This document shows positions 18,036 through 28,934 of a DNA stretch of 64,000 bases, in pieces. The notes below the pieces were generated by a model. That model saw nothing but the letters and a program-made list of their open reading frames with translations. It was not told the DNA's origin and ran no database searches. This DNA is from an uncultured Christensenellaceae bacterium (GTDB taxonomy: Bacteria > Bacillota > Clostridia > Christensenellales > CAG-1252), in NCBI GenBank assembly GCA_964391805.1, contig CAYMNK010000003.1:11362-75361 (forward strand). Reading direction: 5' to 3'. Made by a program: the position numbers and the translations under genes. Numbering within the stretch: position 1 is the first letter of the stretch; each line of letters opens with the position of its first letter.

Positions 18036-18040
18036 ATAAT

Positions 18041-19027
18041 ATGAAAAAACAACCAACCACTAAGAGAGAGCGTAGAAAAATCTTTACGTTCTTCGCATAT
18101 ATAAGTCCTTGGCTTATCGGTTTTGCCGCGTTTACCATTATTCCAATGGTATTATCGCTAATTTACAGCTTTACAGATGTTAAAATGGCAACCATAAGTT
18201 CGGAGCCGTTGAGCTTTGTGGGCTTCGATAACTTTGTACGCATTTTCACCGAAGACGCTGACTTTTTGCAGGCGATTTTGAATACGCTTATTTATTCTTT
18301 TGTAAAAGTTGCCCTTCTCGTCGTGCTTGCGGTATTAGTCGCACTTTTATTAGATCGCAAAATATTGGGCAGAAAGGTTTTTCGCGTTATGCTTTATTTG
18401 CCTGCTGTAATCCCGGTTGTCGGAGTCGCTCTACTTTGGAAACTAATTTTTACCGGCGGCGAATTCAATGTCGTTAACTACTTCCTAAGTTATTTGGGCT
18501 TGGCTCCCGTCAACTTTTTTGGAGATGGCGTCAGCGCAATGGGTACAATAATCTTTATTGGTATTTGGAGCGGTTTGGGCCCCACAATGCTAATTGTTCT
18601 TGCCGCAATTCAGGGAATCCCTAAGGATATTTTAGAGGCGGCTCAATTAGACGGCGCTAACTCATTCCAAAAGTTAATTCATATTATAATACCGTCTATT
18701 TCAAAAACTTTAGTATTTGTTGTATTAACCTCTCTTATTTCTTCGCTACAGACATACGCGGAAGTGAAACTATTAACGGAGGGCGGACCGGGCAATTCAA
18801 CACTAACCATGTCCATGCTTATCGTATCCAATGCGTTTAAAACGCTTGGAAACAAAACGTTAGGATACGCTTGCGCACAGGGATGGCTTGTTTTTGCAAT
18901 GACCTTCATATTCGGTGTTGCTTACGTCAAATTATCCAAAAAAAGCGAGGAAAACGTTAAAAAACCTCGAAGGCATTTATTCAATATAAAAGGCAGAAAG
19001 GAGGCATATAATGAAAGCAAAAACTAA
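18041..19027 (+). CDS. Carbohydrate ABC transporter permease
   Basis: ISPWLIGF, GFDNF, EAA loop EAAQLDGA, LTEGGPG, GYACA. Confidence 0.93.
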   Translation: MKKQPTTKRERRKIFTFFAYISPWLIGFAAFTIIPMVLSLIYSFTDVKMATISSEPLSFVGFDNFVRIFTEDADFLQAILNTLIYSFVKVALLVVLAVLVALLLDRKILGRKVFRVMLYLPAVIPVVGVALLWKLIFTGGEFNVVNYFLSYLGLAPVNFFGDGVSAMGTIIFIGIWSGLGPTMLIVLAAIQGIPKDILEAAQLDGANSFQKLIHIIIPSISKTLVFVVLTSLISSLQTYAEVKLLTEGGPGNSTLTMSMLIVSNAFKTLGNKTLGYACAQGWLVFAMTFIFGVAYVKLSKKSEENVKKPRRHLFNIKGRKEAYNESKN

Positions 19028-19853
19028 AAAGAAGGTTGTAAACGGGCTTTTCTTTGTTGTCGCGCTTAAAATTTCCATATTTTTTGCGCTTCCGTTTGCT
19101 TATATGATTTTGATGTCTTTAATGACCTCCTCCGCATCGATTTTTGAGTATCCGCCAAAGTTTTTTTCGGGCGCATTTCAGTTTGAGAACTACGTCAATG
19201 CTTGGAAAACTATTGATATGGGAAAGTTGATTTTAAATACTTTAATCATGGTTGTGAGTACAATGTTGATAGGTATTACATCTTCTATCCTTGTGGCGTA
19301 CGGTTTTTCTCGCTTCAAAAATAAGTACAGCGATATATTCTTTACCGTCCTATTGTCAACAATGATGATCCCATGGGTCGTTACAATGATCCCTTCGTAT
19401 GCTCTCTATGAGAGTCTTGGATGGATCGGTACCCGTTTGCCCTTGATAATTCCTTGGATAGGCGGTTCTGCATTTAACATATTTATGTTAAAGCAATTCA
19501 TGGACGATATTCCAATTGCGCTTGACGAAGCTGCAAAAATCGACGGTGCAAATTCCTTCTATATCTTATGGAGAATTCTTTTACCGCAAATCAAGCCCTG
19601 CATCGCGACGCTTGCCGTTTACTCATTTATCAATGCGTGGTGCGACTACGTAGGACCGAGCATTTATTTGCAGTCCAATCCCGATTTATTCACGCTATCA
19701 TTGGGAATGCAACAATTTTTCTCTTCAACAGGCTCCGCCGATTGGACCTTAGTAATGGCTGCTTGTGTGCTCTTCTCCATCCCAATGGTTTTAGTTCTAA
19801 CATTGGCACAAAAAGCTTTTGTCAGAGGCGTCGTTTCGTCAGGTCTTAAATAG
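19011..19853 (+). CDS. Carbohydrate ABC transporter permease
   Basis: FENYV, AYGFSRF, EAAKIDGA, AQKAFVRG...GLK. Confidence 0.93.
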   Translation: MKAKTKKKVVNGLFFVVALKISIFFALPFAYMILMSLMTSSASIFEYPPKFFSGAFQFENYVNAWKTIDMGKLILNTLIMVVSTMLIGITSSILVAYGFSRFKNKYSDIFFTVLLSTMMIPWVVTMIPSYALYESLGWIGTRLPLIIPWIGGSAFNIFMLKQFMDDIPIALDEAAKIDGANSFYILWRILLPQIKPCIATLAVYSFINAWCDYVGPSIYLQSNPDLFTLSLGMQQFFSSTGSADWTLVMAACVLFSIPMVLVLTLAQKAFVRGVVSSGLK

Positions 19854-19898
19854 GTTAAACAATATTGAATTATATATTAATAATCGGAGAATATAAGA

Positions 19899-20828
19899 AT
19901 GAATCAAATATATGTATTGGGAAGTATTAATATGGATCTAACCATCTCTGTAAAAAGAATGCCCAAGCGTGGCGAAACGTTAAGCGGTGAACATTTTTTT
20001 ACAAATGGCGGCGGAAAAGGCGCGAATCAAGCGGTTGCATGCGCAAAACAAGGGTGCGTAACTCATCTGATCGGCTCAATAGGAGCTGATGCTTTTGCAG
20101 ACGATTTGTTTGAAGGTTTGAAACAATATGGCGTTGATACTAAGTTTGTATCTAATATGCCCGATACATCTTCAGGCGTTGCAATGGTTATTATCGACGC
20201 TAATCATGATAATCGCATTATTTTAGACGGCGGAGCTAATTTATGCATTTCACAAAAGCAGATCGATATAGCGCTTGCAGATGCTAATCCCGGGGACATT
20301 TTAATCACCCAATTAGAAAATAATATCGACGCCGTACAGTATGCCCTTTGCTCCGCCAAGGAGCATGGCTTGATTACTATTTTCAATCCTGCGCCTGCTA
20401 TTAAGTTATCTCATGATATTTATCGCTATGTTGATATATTGATAGTAAATGAAACGGAATGTGAAATATTGACAGATATTCAGGTAACGGATGAAACTTC
20501 TATGATGCAAGCATATCTTAAACTTGCAAAATTGGGAGTAAATACCTTAGTTATTACTCTTGGCGAACGCGGCTCGATTTGCTTCAACAATGGAACACAA
20601 TATCAACAGACGGCTTTGTCTGTTGATGCTATCGATACTACCGCAGCAGGAGATACCTTTGTTGGATCATTGGCTTCAGAAATTGCAAAGGGCGTTGATT
20701 TGCAGCGTTCACTCAAGTATGCTACAGTTGCCTCTGCTTTAACGTGTTGTAAGCGTGGAGCGCAATGTTCAATACCATCTTACGACGAAGTTTGCGCATA
20801 TGCAAAATCGAAGAACATCGATATTTAG
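19899..20828 (+). CDS. rbsK: Ribokinase
   Basis: GSINMD, GGKGANQAVA, QLE, NPAPA, VNETE, DTTAAGDTFVG, GAQ.SIP: canonical RbsK motifs. Confidence 0.92.
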   Translation: MNQIYVLGSINMDLTISVKRMPKRGETLSGEHFFTNGGGKGANQAVACAKQGCVTHLIGSIGADAFADDLFEGLKQYGVDTKFVSNMPDTSSGVAMVIIDANHDNRIILDGGANLCISQKQIDIALADANPGDILITQLENNIDAVQYALCSAKEHGLITIFNPAPAIKLSHDIYRYVDILIVNETECEILTDIQVTDETSMMQAYLKLAKLGVNTLVITLGERGSICFNNGTQYQQTALSVDAIDTTAAGDTFVGSLASEIAKGVDLQRSLKYATVASALTCCKRGAQCSIPSYDEVCAYAKSKNIDI

Positions 20829-20916
20829 ACGAAAAACTCTACCGACTTTCTTCCCTCGTCTACTGTTATTATATCCGTCTTTTTAATATGGATATAGCAA
20901 TTACTACTCTTTTTAT

Positions 20917-20957
20917 AAGAAGAAACGGACAATGATTTAATTTTCACTGTCCGTTTT
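20917..20957 (-). terminator. Terminator-like hairpin ending the typA-gltX-folA-dnaD operon
   Basis: Minus strand AAACGGACAGTGA-loop-TCATTGTCCGTTT-CTTCTT. Confidence 0.6.
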
Positions 20958-20975
20958 TCACTATTTGTATAAATA

Positions 20976-22544
20976 CTATTTAAGATCTTCGGTCTTATAT
21001 CCCAACTCGACAACACGTGCATCGATTTGACGCTGCAAGTCGTCGACTTCCTTTTGTTTTGTGGGTGGAATTGCTCTATCCGAAAATATATATTCAGATA
21101 ACTCGAAATCCAACTTCTTCTTACGCGCCATAAGCGATGCATATATAGCGTCTTCGGATAGTTTCTCTCTGATTTCAGCCTTTTCGAAGTCGCTTATGCC
21201 GTTTGGCTTCTTCTCAACAGTTTCGTTCACTGTTTTATCGGGCACGAATGCGTCGTTATCTTTTAGTTCGGATAATCGGTTACTCAACCAACTCATAGCA
21301 TATGCTTTTCCTTGGCTTTCGCGAGCATATTGTAGTATGGTTTGATCGCTAATGCCCCATACAACCGACCATGTGCGATATAAATCTCTGTCTGCCGAGG
21401 TAATTTTACGGGAAGATCCGGTCGCATAAATAACGTTTTGCACATTATCGTCGAATCTTGTCAAAGCATCGAGCTGTAAATCGATACTGTGATCGGATAT
21501 ATAACCGCCCTTATAGAAATCCTCAACAGTTTTACTAAATCCCGCTATATCTCTAGTACCGTTCATGTAACAGTATCTTGCAACCTTTTGAAGTCCTTCT
21601 GATGTGAATCCCTTTTGGAAAAGAGGCGCTATACTCAATTCACAAACAGCGGTGATATCTTGATAACGCAAGCCGAGATGTTTAAGAACTTTGACGGTGC
21701 AATTTTCGATCTGCTCCTTACGCTCGGTATAGGCCTTGATGTCGGGTGCAGTGAATACGCCGTCGTTTGCAAAGCTTTCGAGGAGTTCGTCGAGTGCAGG
21801 CATACCTCCGCGTTTTATACGCTTACAAGCCACTAAAATCGCATCGATATCGAATCCGAGTTTTGCCCATTTGATGACGTACTCTCTATCATCGATATCG
21901 GGTTGACGCTTAGATCTGAGAGCATGAAGTATCTGTTTAATATGTTCGGATACCGATTCGGCTTGTAATAGCCTATTTTCGACGTCAGCAACCGTCAAAC
22001 AACCTTCGCTTACCCAAGAGCGCGCCACAGTCAAAACGTAGTTTCGGCTGACGTTTCCACCCTTTAAATCGATGCAATACCCTGCAATCATTATTAATGC
22101 ATCGGGTTGCATTTCGGACGATTCGAGAAAATCGACAAAAGCATGCAAATCTGTTTCGCTTAATTCCTTACCGACGAACAGCTGTTGAATATTCAATATA
22201 AAATCGGAATACTTATCGGCATTATAGGTACGATGAGCGGGAAGTGCCTTTTCGGGTGAATTGAATATTACGCTAAGCGGTGCAGTAGACGTGATATTTA
22301 CCAAACCTAATGCTTGCAATGATTCAAATGATTTTTTGACCTCGGAATTTTTGAGATTGACCCCTTTACATATACCGTCAAGGTTATTATTTACGCTATA
22401 AACATTGTGGCATAGATATAGCCCGTAGAGATATACCCGTATGTCGTTATTATCCATAATAGGAAGATAATCGACAATAAATCGATTCTCAACAAGGGTA
22501 TATTTATTGGCATCGTAGTCATTAGAAAAGGTGCAAATAGGCAT
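20976..22544 (-). CDS. DnaD/DnaB-like replication protein with multiple DnaD domains
   Basis: N-terminal T.VENRFIVDYLP......RVYLY winged helix; repeated YV....SW...G..T..DV and KWA..GF..D.I..A units. Confidence 0.75.
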   Translation of the reverse strand: MPICTFSNDYDANKYTLVENRFIVDYLPIMDNNDIRVYLYGLYLCHNVYSVNNNLDGICKGVNLKNSEVKKSFESLQALGLVNITSTAPLSVIFNSPEKALPAHRTYNADKYSDFILNIQQLFVGKELSETDLHAFVDFLESSEMQPDALIMIAGYCIDLKGGNVSRNYVLTVARSWVSEGCLTVADVENRLLQAESVSEHIKQILHALRSKRQPDIDDREYVIKWAKLGFDIDAILVACKRIKRGGMPALDELLESFANDGVFTAPDIKAYTERKEQIENCTVKVLKHLGLRYQDITAVCELSIAPLFQKGFTSEGLQKVARYCYMNGTRDIAGFSKTVEDFYKGGYISDHSIDLQLDALTRFDDNVQNVIYATGSSRKITSADRDLYRTWSVVWGISDQTILQYARESQGKAYAMSWLSNRLSELKDNDAFVPDKTVNETVEKKPNGISDFEKAEIREKLSEDAIYASLMARKKKLDFELSEYIFSDRAIPPTKQKEVDDLQRQIDARVVELGYKTEDLK

Positions 22545-23053
22545 TATCGGTTCTCCCTAAAATTAATTGGTGAATTATTACGATATTTTGTAAATTTTAT
22601 GGTATATCCGTTATCCTCTATAGGTTCGGAAACGCTCACAAGTTCCCACTCGGGAAGGTTGTCAAGGTTTTCAAAAAAGACTTCCGCATCGCCGTCGGCA
22701 TCAACCTTAGTGACTAACACTTCATCGAGGTACGGAAGCATCGTACGGTAGAATTGCGCTCCCCCTATAACAAATATCTCGTCATTTACGTACTTATCGA
22801 GCTCGTCGAAAAGTTCTTCGAGCGACGACACAACGATGCAATCAACGTCGAGAGGTCGATCGGACAAAACAATATTCGTTCTTTTTGGAAGCGGTTTAGC
22901 TTGGGAAAATGACAAAAGTGTGTTACGCCCCATACAAACAACCTTACCGAGTGTTTGTTCCCTAAAAAAAGCCATATCTTTTTTTAAGGAAAAGAGTAAC
23001 GAATTGGCTTTACCTATTCCCCAATGATTATCTACCGCAACTATCGCTTTCAT
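22544..23053 (-). CDS. folA: Dihydrofolate reductase
   Basis: IVAVD..WGIG, MGRNT, PLPKRTNIVLS, VIGGAQFY. Confidence 0.95.
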   Translation of the reverse strand: MKAIVAVDNHWGIGKANSLLFSLKKDMAFFREQTLGKVVCMGRNTLLSFSQAKPLPKRTNIVLSDRPLDVDCIVVSSLEELFDELDKYVNDEIFVIGGAQFYRTMLPYLDEVLVTKVDADGDAEVFFENLDNLPEWELVSVSEPIEDNGYTIKFTKYRNNSPINFRENR

Positions 23054-24471
23054 TATAGTCTTTCAAGTGTTGCTTTTAAGCGTTCGATGGTTCTATCCTT
23101 ACCGAGCAATACCGCCATTTCGGTTGCACCGCCGGGGGTTGCTTCTCTACCGGTGATTGCGATTCTGACGCACCACATTACAGCGCCTTTTTTGACTCCT
23201 AATTCGAGAGCAAGTGCGGATAAAGATGCGAACAACGTATCATTATTCCACTCGCAAGCGTTCATAACGTCTATAGATTTTGATATAACAGTCTTTGCAA
23301 TGCTAAGATCTGTCTTATTTTTTTGATTTACCAAGAGGTTGAGATCAAAATCGCCGTACTCTTCAAGAAAATCGATATGTTCGGGAATATCGGAGAATAT
23401 TTCGGTTCTATTTTGCAATAACGAACAAAGAAGGGTGTAATCGTACTTATCTTTACATTTACTCTTTTCGATAAACGGAATAGCATGCTCGCGGAATTCT
23501 TCGGGAGTCATCGCACGAATATATTCGGCGTTCAACCAACGCATTTTAGCTTCGTCGAATATAGATGGGCTCGAACTGATACGAGAAACATCGAACATAT
23601 CTTCCATTTCTTTAAGCGATAGCTTTTCTTGAGTACCTTCGGGACTCCAACCTAATAATGCAATATAGTTGATAATCGCTTCGGAAACATAGCCCTTTGC
23701 TAAAAAGTCCTCAAAGTTTGCGTCACCGTATCTCTTACTGAGTTTACGAGTTTGGTCCTTCATAATCACGGGAAGGTGAACATATACAGGTCTTTCCCAA
23801 CCGAATGCGTCATATAACAAGTTATATTGCGGGGTTGAACTTAGATACTCGTTACCACGCAAAACATGGGTGATACCCATAGAATGGTCGTCAACGACAT
23901 TAGCAAAATTATAAGTGGGCATTCCGTCACTCTTAATTAGAATGGCGTCGTCCATGTCCTTATAAGCAACTGCTATATGACCGTAAACCATATCATCGTA
24001 CTCGCTTACGCCGTCACCCTCGGGGATTTTTTGACGAATAACAAAAGGACAACCCGAATCGAGTTTTTGACGAACTTCTTCTTCAGACAGTTTTCTACAT
24101 CTACCGTCATATTTACCAACTCCGCCGTCGGTAACGTTACGCTTATCGCAGAAACAGTAATATGCACCGCCCTTTTCGATAAGCTCGAGAGCGTACTTCA
24201 TATATAAAGGTTTGCGTTCGCTTTGAACGTAAATAACGCCTTCTTTCTCCTTACCGGGACCTTCGTCATATTCTAATCCTGCCGTCTTCAAAATACGGAA
24301 TACAGCATCGGTAGCACCTTCTACATAACGTTCTCTATCGGTGTCTTCTATACGAAGAATAAAGGTACCGTCATTATGACGTGCAAATAAATAAGCGTAT
24401 AATCCTGTTCTCAAATTACCTACATGCATGAAGCCTGTGGGACTTGGTGCAAATCTTGTTCTAACCTTCAT
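23053..24471 (-). CDS. gltX: Glutamyl-tRNA synthetase
   Basis: RTRFAPSPTG, HVGN, RIEDTD, KLSKR; start ATG 24471 after GGAG. Confidence 0.97.
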   Translation of the reverse strand: MKVRTRFAPSPTGFMHVGNLRTGLYAYLFARHNDGTFILRIEDTDRERYVEGATDAVFRILKTAGLEYDEGPGKEKEGVIYVQSERKPLYMKYALELIEKGGAYYCFCDKRNVTDGGVGKYDGRCRKLSEEEVRQKLDSGCPFVIRQKIPEGDGVSEYDDMVYGHIAVAYKDMDDAILIKSDGMPTYNFANVVDDHSMGITHVLRGNEYLSSTPQYNLLYDAFGWERPVYVHLPVIMKDQTRKLSKRYGDANFEDFLAKGYVSEAIINYIALLGWSPEGTQEKLSLKEMEDMFDVSRISSSPSIFDEAKMRWLNAEYIRAMTPEEFREHAIPFIEKSKCKDKYDYTLLCSLLQNRTEIFSDIPEHIDFLEEYGDFDLNLLVNQKNKTDLSIAKTVISKSIDVMNACEWNNDTLFASLSALALELGVKKGAVMWCVRIAITGREATPGGATEMAVLLGKDRTIERLKATLERL

Positions 24472-24486
24472 ATCTATCTCCAAATA

Positions 24487-26304
24487 TTATTTTTTACCGA
24501 ATTTTTCCTTAGCTCTGTACATATTGCTAAGCGTTCTCTTGCGGATACGCAAATTCTTGGGTGTAACTTCAAGCAATTCGTCCGAACCTAAAAACTCGAG
24601 CATTTCTTCAAGCGAAAGTCTACGAGGAGGTGTTAAACGCAACGCATCGTCCGATGCCGATGAACGCATGTTGGAAACGTGCTTACGCTTACATACGTTG
24701 ACTACGATATCGTCGGCATGCATCGTATAACCTACAACCATTCCTTCGTATACGGGGGTGTTAGGTCCGATAAATAAAGGACCACGGTCTTGGGCGTTGA
24801 ATAATCCGTAAGTACAAGCTTCGCCTGCTTCGTACGCAACCAACGAAGCGGTTGCTCTTCTTTGGATATCGCCCTTATATTCTTCGTAACCGATGAATAA
24901 GGTATTGAGTATACCTTCACCCTTGGTGTCGGTCAAAAACTCGTTCTTATAGCCGATAAGGCCTCTTGCAGGGACCTTAAATTCTACTCTGGTACGGCTA
25001 TTCATCGGAGTCATACCGATCAACTCGCCTTTACGAGAACCGATCTTTTCCATAACAACGCCTACCGATTCTGTGGGAACGTCGGCAATCAACTGTTCCA
25101 TCGGTTCTAAAAGTTTACCCTCTTCTTTCTTATACAAAACCTTAGGCATGGATACGGAGAATTCATACCCCTCTCTACGCATTGTTTCGATAAGTACCGA
25201 AAGGTGCATTTCGCCTCTACCCTTTACGATAAACGTATCGGTGTTTTCGCCGTCCTCAACATGCAAGGAAACATCTTTGAGAAGTTCACGATACAATCTA
25301 TCTCTTAAGTGTCTCGTAGTAACGAATTTACCGTCTTTACCTGCGAAAGGAGAGTCGTTGACCATGAAGTGCATTTCCAATGTTGGCTCGCCGATTTTGA
25401 CAAAAGGAAGCGGTTCGACATTTGCAGGTGCACAAACAGTGTTACCGATGGTTATTTCAGAAATACCTGCAAAACATACAATATCGCCTACCTTAGCAGT
25501 TTGAACGGGAACCCTGCGTAGACCGCTGATCTGCATCAACGATACTATACGTGCCTTATAGTTAGGCGTACCTTGATGATAATCACAAACAACTACGTCC
25601 TGATTGACATTGATAACACCACGCTCTATTCTACCTATACCGATTCTACCTACGTAGTCGTTATAGTCGATACTGCTTACAAGAAGTTGTAGCGAAGCTG
25701 TCTCGTCGCCCTCGGGCGGATCGATGTAATTGACGATAGTTTCAAATAGATCGGTCAAATCTTCCTTTTGATCGATGCTCATAGAAGCGGTACCGTTTCT
25801 TCCGCTACAATAAACTATTGGACTATCGAATTGTTCGGGAGTAGCGTTAAGGTCGATAAGTAAATCGAGAACTTCGTTAACCACTCTATCGGGATCTGCG
25901 TCGGCTCTGTCTACCTTATTAACGCAAATGATGATTTTATGGTTAAGTTCGAGTGCCTTTTGAAGAACGAAGCGAGTCTGTGGCATAGGTCCTTCAACCG
26001 CATCAACTAACAAAAGTACACCGCTAACCATCTTAAGTATACGCTCAACCTCACCACCGAAATCGGCGTGTCCCGGAGTATCGATGATGTTGATTTTGAT
26101 ATCCTTATAGTATGCGGCGGTATTTTTCGCCAAAATGGTAATACCTCTTTCTCTTTCAAGGTCATTACTATCCATAACTCTATCGGCAACATCTTGGTTA
26201 TCTCTAAAAATGCCGCCTTGTTTAAGCATTTCGTCGACTAAGGTTGTCTTACCGTGGTCGACGTGTGCGATGATTGCTATATTTCTTAAATCGTTTCTAA
26301 TCAT
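24487..26304 (-). CDS. typA: Translational GTPase TypA/BipA
   Basis: [42 protein letters not shown]. Confidence 0.97.
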   Translation of the reverse strand: MIRNDLRNIAIIAHVDHGKTTLVDEMLKQGGIFRDNQDVADRVMDSNDLERERGITILAKNTAAYYKDIKINIIDTPGHADFGGEVERILKMVSGVLLLVDAVEGPMPQTRFVLQKALELNHKIIICVNKVDRADADPDRVVNEVLDLLIDLNATPEQFDSPIVYCSGRNGTASMSIDQKEDLTDLFETIVNYIDPPEGDETASLQLLVSSIDYNDYVGRIGIGRIERGVINVNQDVVVCDYHQGTPNYKARIVSLMQISGLRRVPVQTAKVGDIVCFAGISEITIGNTVCAPANVEPLPFVKIGEPTLEMHFMVNDSPFAGKDGKFVTTRHLRDRLYRELLKDVSLHVEDGENTDTFIVKGRGEMHLSVLIETMRREGYEFSVSMPKVLYKKEEGKLLEPMEQLIADVPTESVGVVMEKIGSRKGELIGMTPMNSRTRVEFKVPARGLIGYKNEFLTDTKGEGILNTLFIGYEEYKGDIQRRATASLVAYEAGEACTYGLFNAQDRGPLFIGPNTPVYEGMVVGYTMHADDIVVNVCKRKHVSNMRSSASDDALRLTPPRRLSLEEMLEFLGSDELLEVTPKNLRIRKRTLSNMYRAKEKFGKK

Positions 26305-26543
26305 TTTATCCTTATCCTATACACTTTAATTTAATACTTAATAAATATAATATTTAACGGCAAAAAAATCAAGTATTTTCACACGCTTGTATTATTAATA
26401 TTTCGTCATGGACCGGATAAAGGTCGACAAACGCCTGTAACGTAGGGCAAAATTATATCAAAAAACCAATAATGCGGTAACTAAAATGTAATTATTTTGC
26501 ACCTTTATTAAGGAATACTAATTTTAAAACAAAGCTATGGCTA

Positions 26544-26572
26544 TTGACAAAAATTTTTTGACAGTATATAAT
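26544..26572 (+). promoter_or_regulatory. Consensus sigma-A promoter
   Basis: TTGACA-N17-TATAAT upstream of the small lipoprotein gene. Confidence 0.8.
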
Positions 26573-26627
26573 AACAATAGTTTCCGATAGTTTGTGGAAA
26601 TAATAAAATTTTAGGAGAAGTATAATT

Positions 26628-26978
26628 ATGAAGAAAATGATTTTAGTTATCAGCATCATCATGGTCATCGCTATGCTTTTCACATTCGTTGCTTGTTCTG
26701 CAGACGATTATGAAAAGGCACTCAGAAACGACGGATATAATGTTTTGTACAATGTTAACAGCGAGGATAACGAGCTTACATTAGTAGCAACAAAGAAAAT
26801 TCTTGGCTTAAACGGTGATATAGAGTTTATTATCGGCGGTGTTAAAGAAGGCATGATGAAGATCTACGTTAAGTTCGAAAAGACTGAAGACGCCAAGGAC
26901 TGTCAAAAGAATTTTGAAGAAGCCGGTATCGAAGTTAAGCGTTCGGGCAACTTAGTTATCTACGAAACAGAAGAATAA
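26628..26978 (+). CDS. Small lipoprotein of unknown function
   Basis: RBS AGGAG, signal peptide with lipobox FVA-C, own promoter and terminator. Confidence 0.8.
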   Translation: MKKMILVISIIMVIAMLFTFVACSADDYEKALRNDGYNVLYNVNSEDNELTLVATKKILGLNGDIEFIIGGVKEGMMKIYVKFEKTEDAKDCQKNFEEAGIEVKRSGNLVIYETEE

Positions 26979-27001
26979 TAATCGAGTAATCGAGAATTAA
27001 G

Positions 27002-27030
27002 AGCGTGGCAATGGGCTACGCTTTTTTTTT
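27002..27030 (+). terminator. Intrinsic terminator
   Basis: AGCGTGGC-AATGG-GCTACGCT followed by a T run. Confidence 0.8.
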
Positions 27031-27061
27031 GAGCAGTAGTAAGAGCGAAGGGTAATATTTT

Positions 27062-27400
27062 TTCGTCCGCCGTCATGCTGAGCGTAGTCGAAATCCGAGT
27101 ACAACGAGGATCAAACGATGCAATCGTTTGGTATCTTGCGGACGATAATGACAAGTTTTTGTTATTGTATCCGCTTTTTTAATAAGGATGTTGTTAAATC
27201 GACTGCTCGTTACCGTCCAAGATACTGCTCGATTGCACCTCGCACTGCTTCGCAGTTCGACTCCAGACTTTGTCTTTCGCTCAGTATGACGGGACTTATC
27301 GCCAACGCTTGCCTTAACATGGATTTTAGATATCGACGCATTGCGTCGCCCTATCGGGTTTGATTTCGCTCTGTCGACCTACACTCAGTATAACAAGACT
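27062..27400. repeat. Mosaic REP-like palindromic repeat cluster
   Basis: CGTCCGCCGTCATGCTGAGCGTAGTCGAA...TTTGGTATCTTGCGGACG (reverse-orientation homologue of 3448-3540) plus two further units ending CTCAGTAT(G/A)AC. Confidence 0.85.
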
Positions 27401-27503
27401 GTGTACATTGGCGCAAAATCAAGCCGTTTTTAATGGAAATATAATCAAAGATACCGTTAGAGCCGTTGAAATGAAGAAGAATAATGTGTTATAATATTAC
27501 AGT

Positions 27504-28934
27504 ATGAGTAACAAAAAGAAAAAAATCGATTTTAATAGTTTTAGACTCAAAACTTGGATTACCCTGATTTCCTTTGCCGTTGTCATCATAGGATTGTTGT
27601 GGGTGTCGCAGGTTATTTTCCTCAGTTACTATCTCAATTCATACAAGCTGAACGAATTTAGAGAATATGTAACGGAATTAAAAGATGAAGAAGACGATAG
27701 ATTTAAGTACTACAATCTCGCGAGTAAATCGGGGTGTATGATAGACGTATTGACCAAAACGGAAGACGGTTACGTCATCAAATTCACCTCAAACAATATG
27801 GTTTTCGGAGAAAGGGCTTATTCTATCAGCAATAACAACATAATCGATCAAGCCATCGAGGAATTAAACAAAGACAGCGAATCGTTTATCAAGGATTCCG
27901 AAACAAGTAGATACTACTACTGCATATTCCTCGATGACGGAGACCTACTCGTACTCTCACAATCAACCGAAATGATAGACTCGACTGTGCGTATTTTGCG
28001 AACACAAATGATTATAGTCACCATCACCATTCTAATATTGATGGCGTGCTTATCCACAATAGTCAGTACGATGTTCACCAAGGACATATCCAAATTATCC
28101 GACTCGGCTAAGAGGTTAGCAGAGAGCGATTATAGCGTTGTATTCGAGGAAAAGGGCGCAACCGAAATTGCAGAGATAGCCTCTACCCTCAACTACGCAA
28201 CCAAAGAAATGGCTATAACCACCAGGCTAAGGCGAGAACTTATGGCAAATGTTTCGCACGATATCAAGACACCGCTGACCATTATCAAAGGTAATGCCGA
28301 AATGATAAGGGATATTTCGGGCGACAACAAGGAAAAGCGCGAACGCCAACTCGATGCAATCATCAAGGAAACGGATAGACTTAGCATATTAGTCAAAGAT
28401 ATGCTCGAATTATCCCGATTGGAAACCGATCCCGACCTCGACAAAAAGGTGGTATCGTTAAGCGATATAGTATCGGATATTGCCGACAGTCTGTCGCTAT
28501 ATAACGAGATGGAAGGCTACAATATCACAGCCACCGTTCAAGATGGACTATTCATATACGCCGATAGAATGAGAATGCAATTGGCGACCTATAATCTAAT
28601 TAGCAATGCCATCAATTACACCGGCGAAGATAAAACGGTGGATATTAAACTCGAAAAAGTCGAAAACTGCGCAAGATTCACGGTAAGAGATACCGGTGAA
28701 GGTATTTCCGAAGAAAACCAAAAGGTTATTTGGGATAGATATTTCCGCGCAAAAGAACACAAGCGCTCGTCATCCGGCAACGGATTAGGATTGAGTATAG
28801 TCAAAACCATACTCGAATTGCATTCCGCACGATACGGCGTAGATAGTGTTGTAGGTGTCGGAAGCGTATTTTGGTACGAAATAGAATTAAACGAGAGCGA
28901 TAATAACGGAGGAACGACATGCAAACCATATTAA
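27504..28934 (+). CDS. Membrane sensor histidine kinase (HAMP-HisKA-HATPase)
   Basis: Two TM helices; ANVSHDIKTPL, NLISNAINY, DTGEGI and GNGLGLSI boxes. Confidence 0.95.
   Translation: MSNKKKKIDFNSFRLKTWITLISFAVVIIGLLWVSQVIFLSYYLNSYKLNEFREYVTELKDEEDDRFKYYNLASKSGCMIDVLTKTEDGYVIKFTSNNMVFGERAYSISNNNIIDQAIEELNKDSESFIKDSETSRYYYCIFLDDGDLLVLSQSTEMIDSTVRILRTQMIIVTITILILMACLSTIVSTMFTKDISKLSDSAKRLAESDYSVVFEEKGATEIAEIASTLNYATKEMAITTRLRRELMANVSHDIKTPLTIIKGNAEMIRDISGDNKEKRERQLDAIIKETDRLSILVKDMLELSRLETDPDLDKKVVSLSDIVSDIADSLSLYNEMEGYNITATVQDGLFIYADRMRMQLATYNLISNAINYTGEDKTVDIKLEKVENCARFTVRDTGEGISEENQKVIWDRYFRAKEHKRSSSGNGLGLSIVKTILELHSARYGVDSVVGVGSVFWYEIELNESDNNGGTTCKPY

Noticed and set aside
6500-20970. Sugar locus as an integrative mobile element
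   Set aside because: No integrase, transposase, flanking direct repeats or tRNA target seen; horizontal origin is possible but unsupported here.
20825-21142. 105-aa minus-strand ORF overlapping the end of the dnaD-like gene
   Set aside because: Out of frame with a real gene, runs through a terminator hairpin, and has no recognisable motif.
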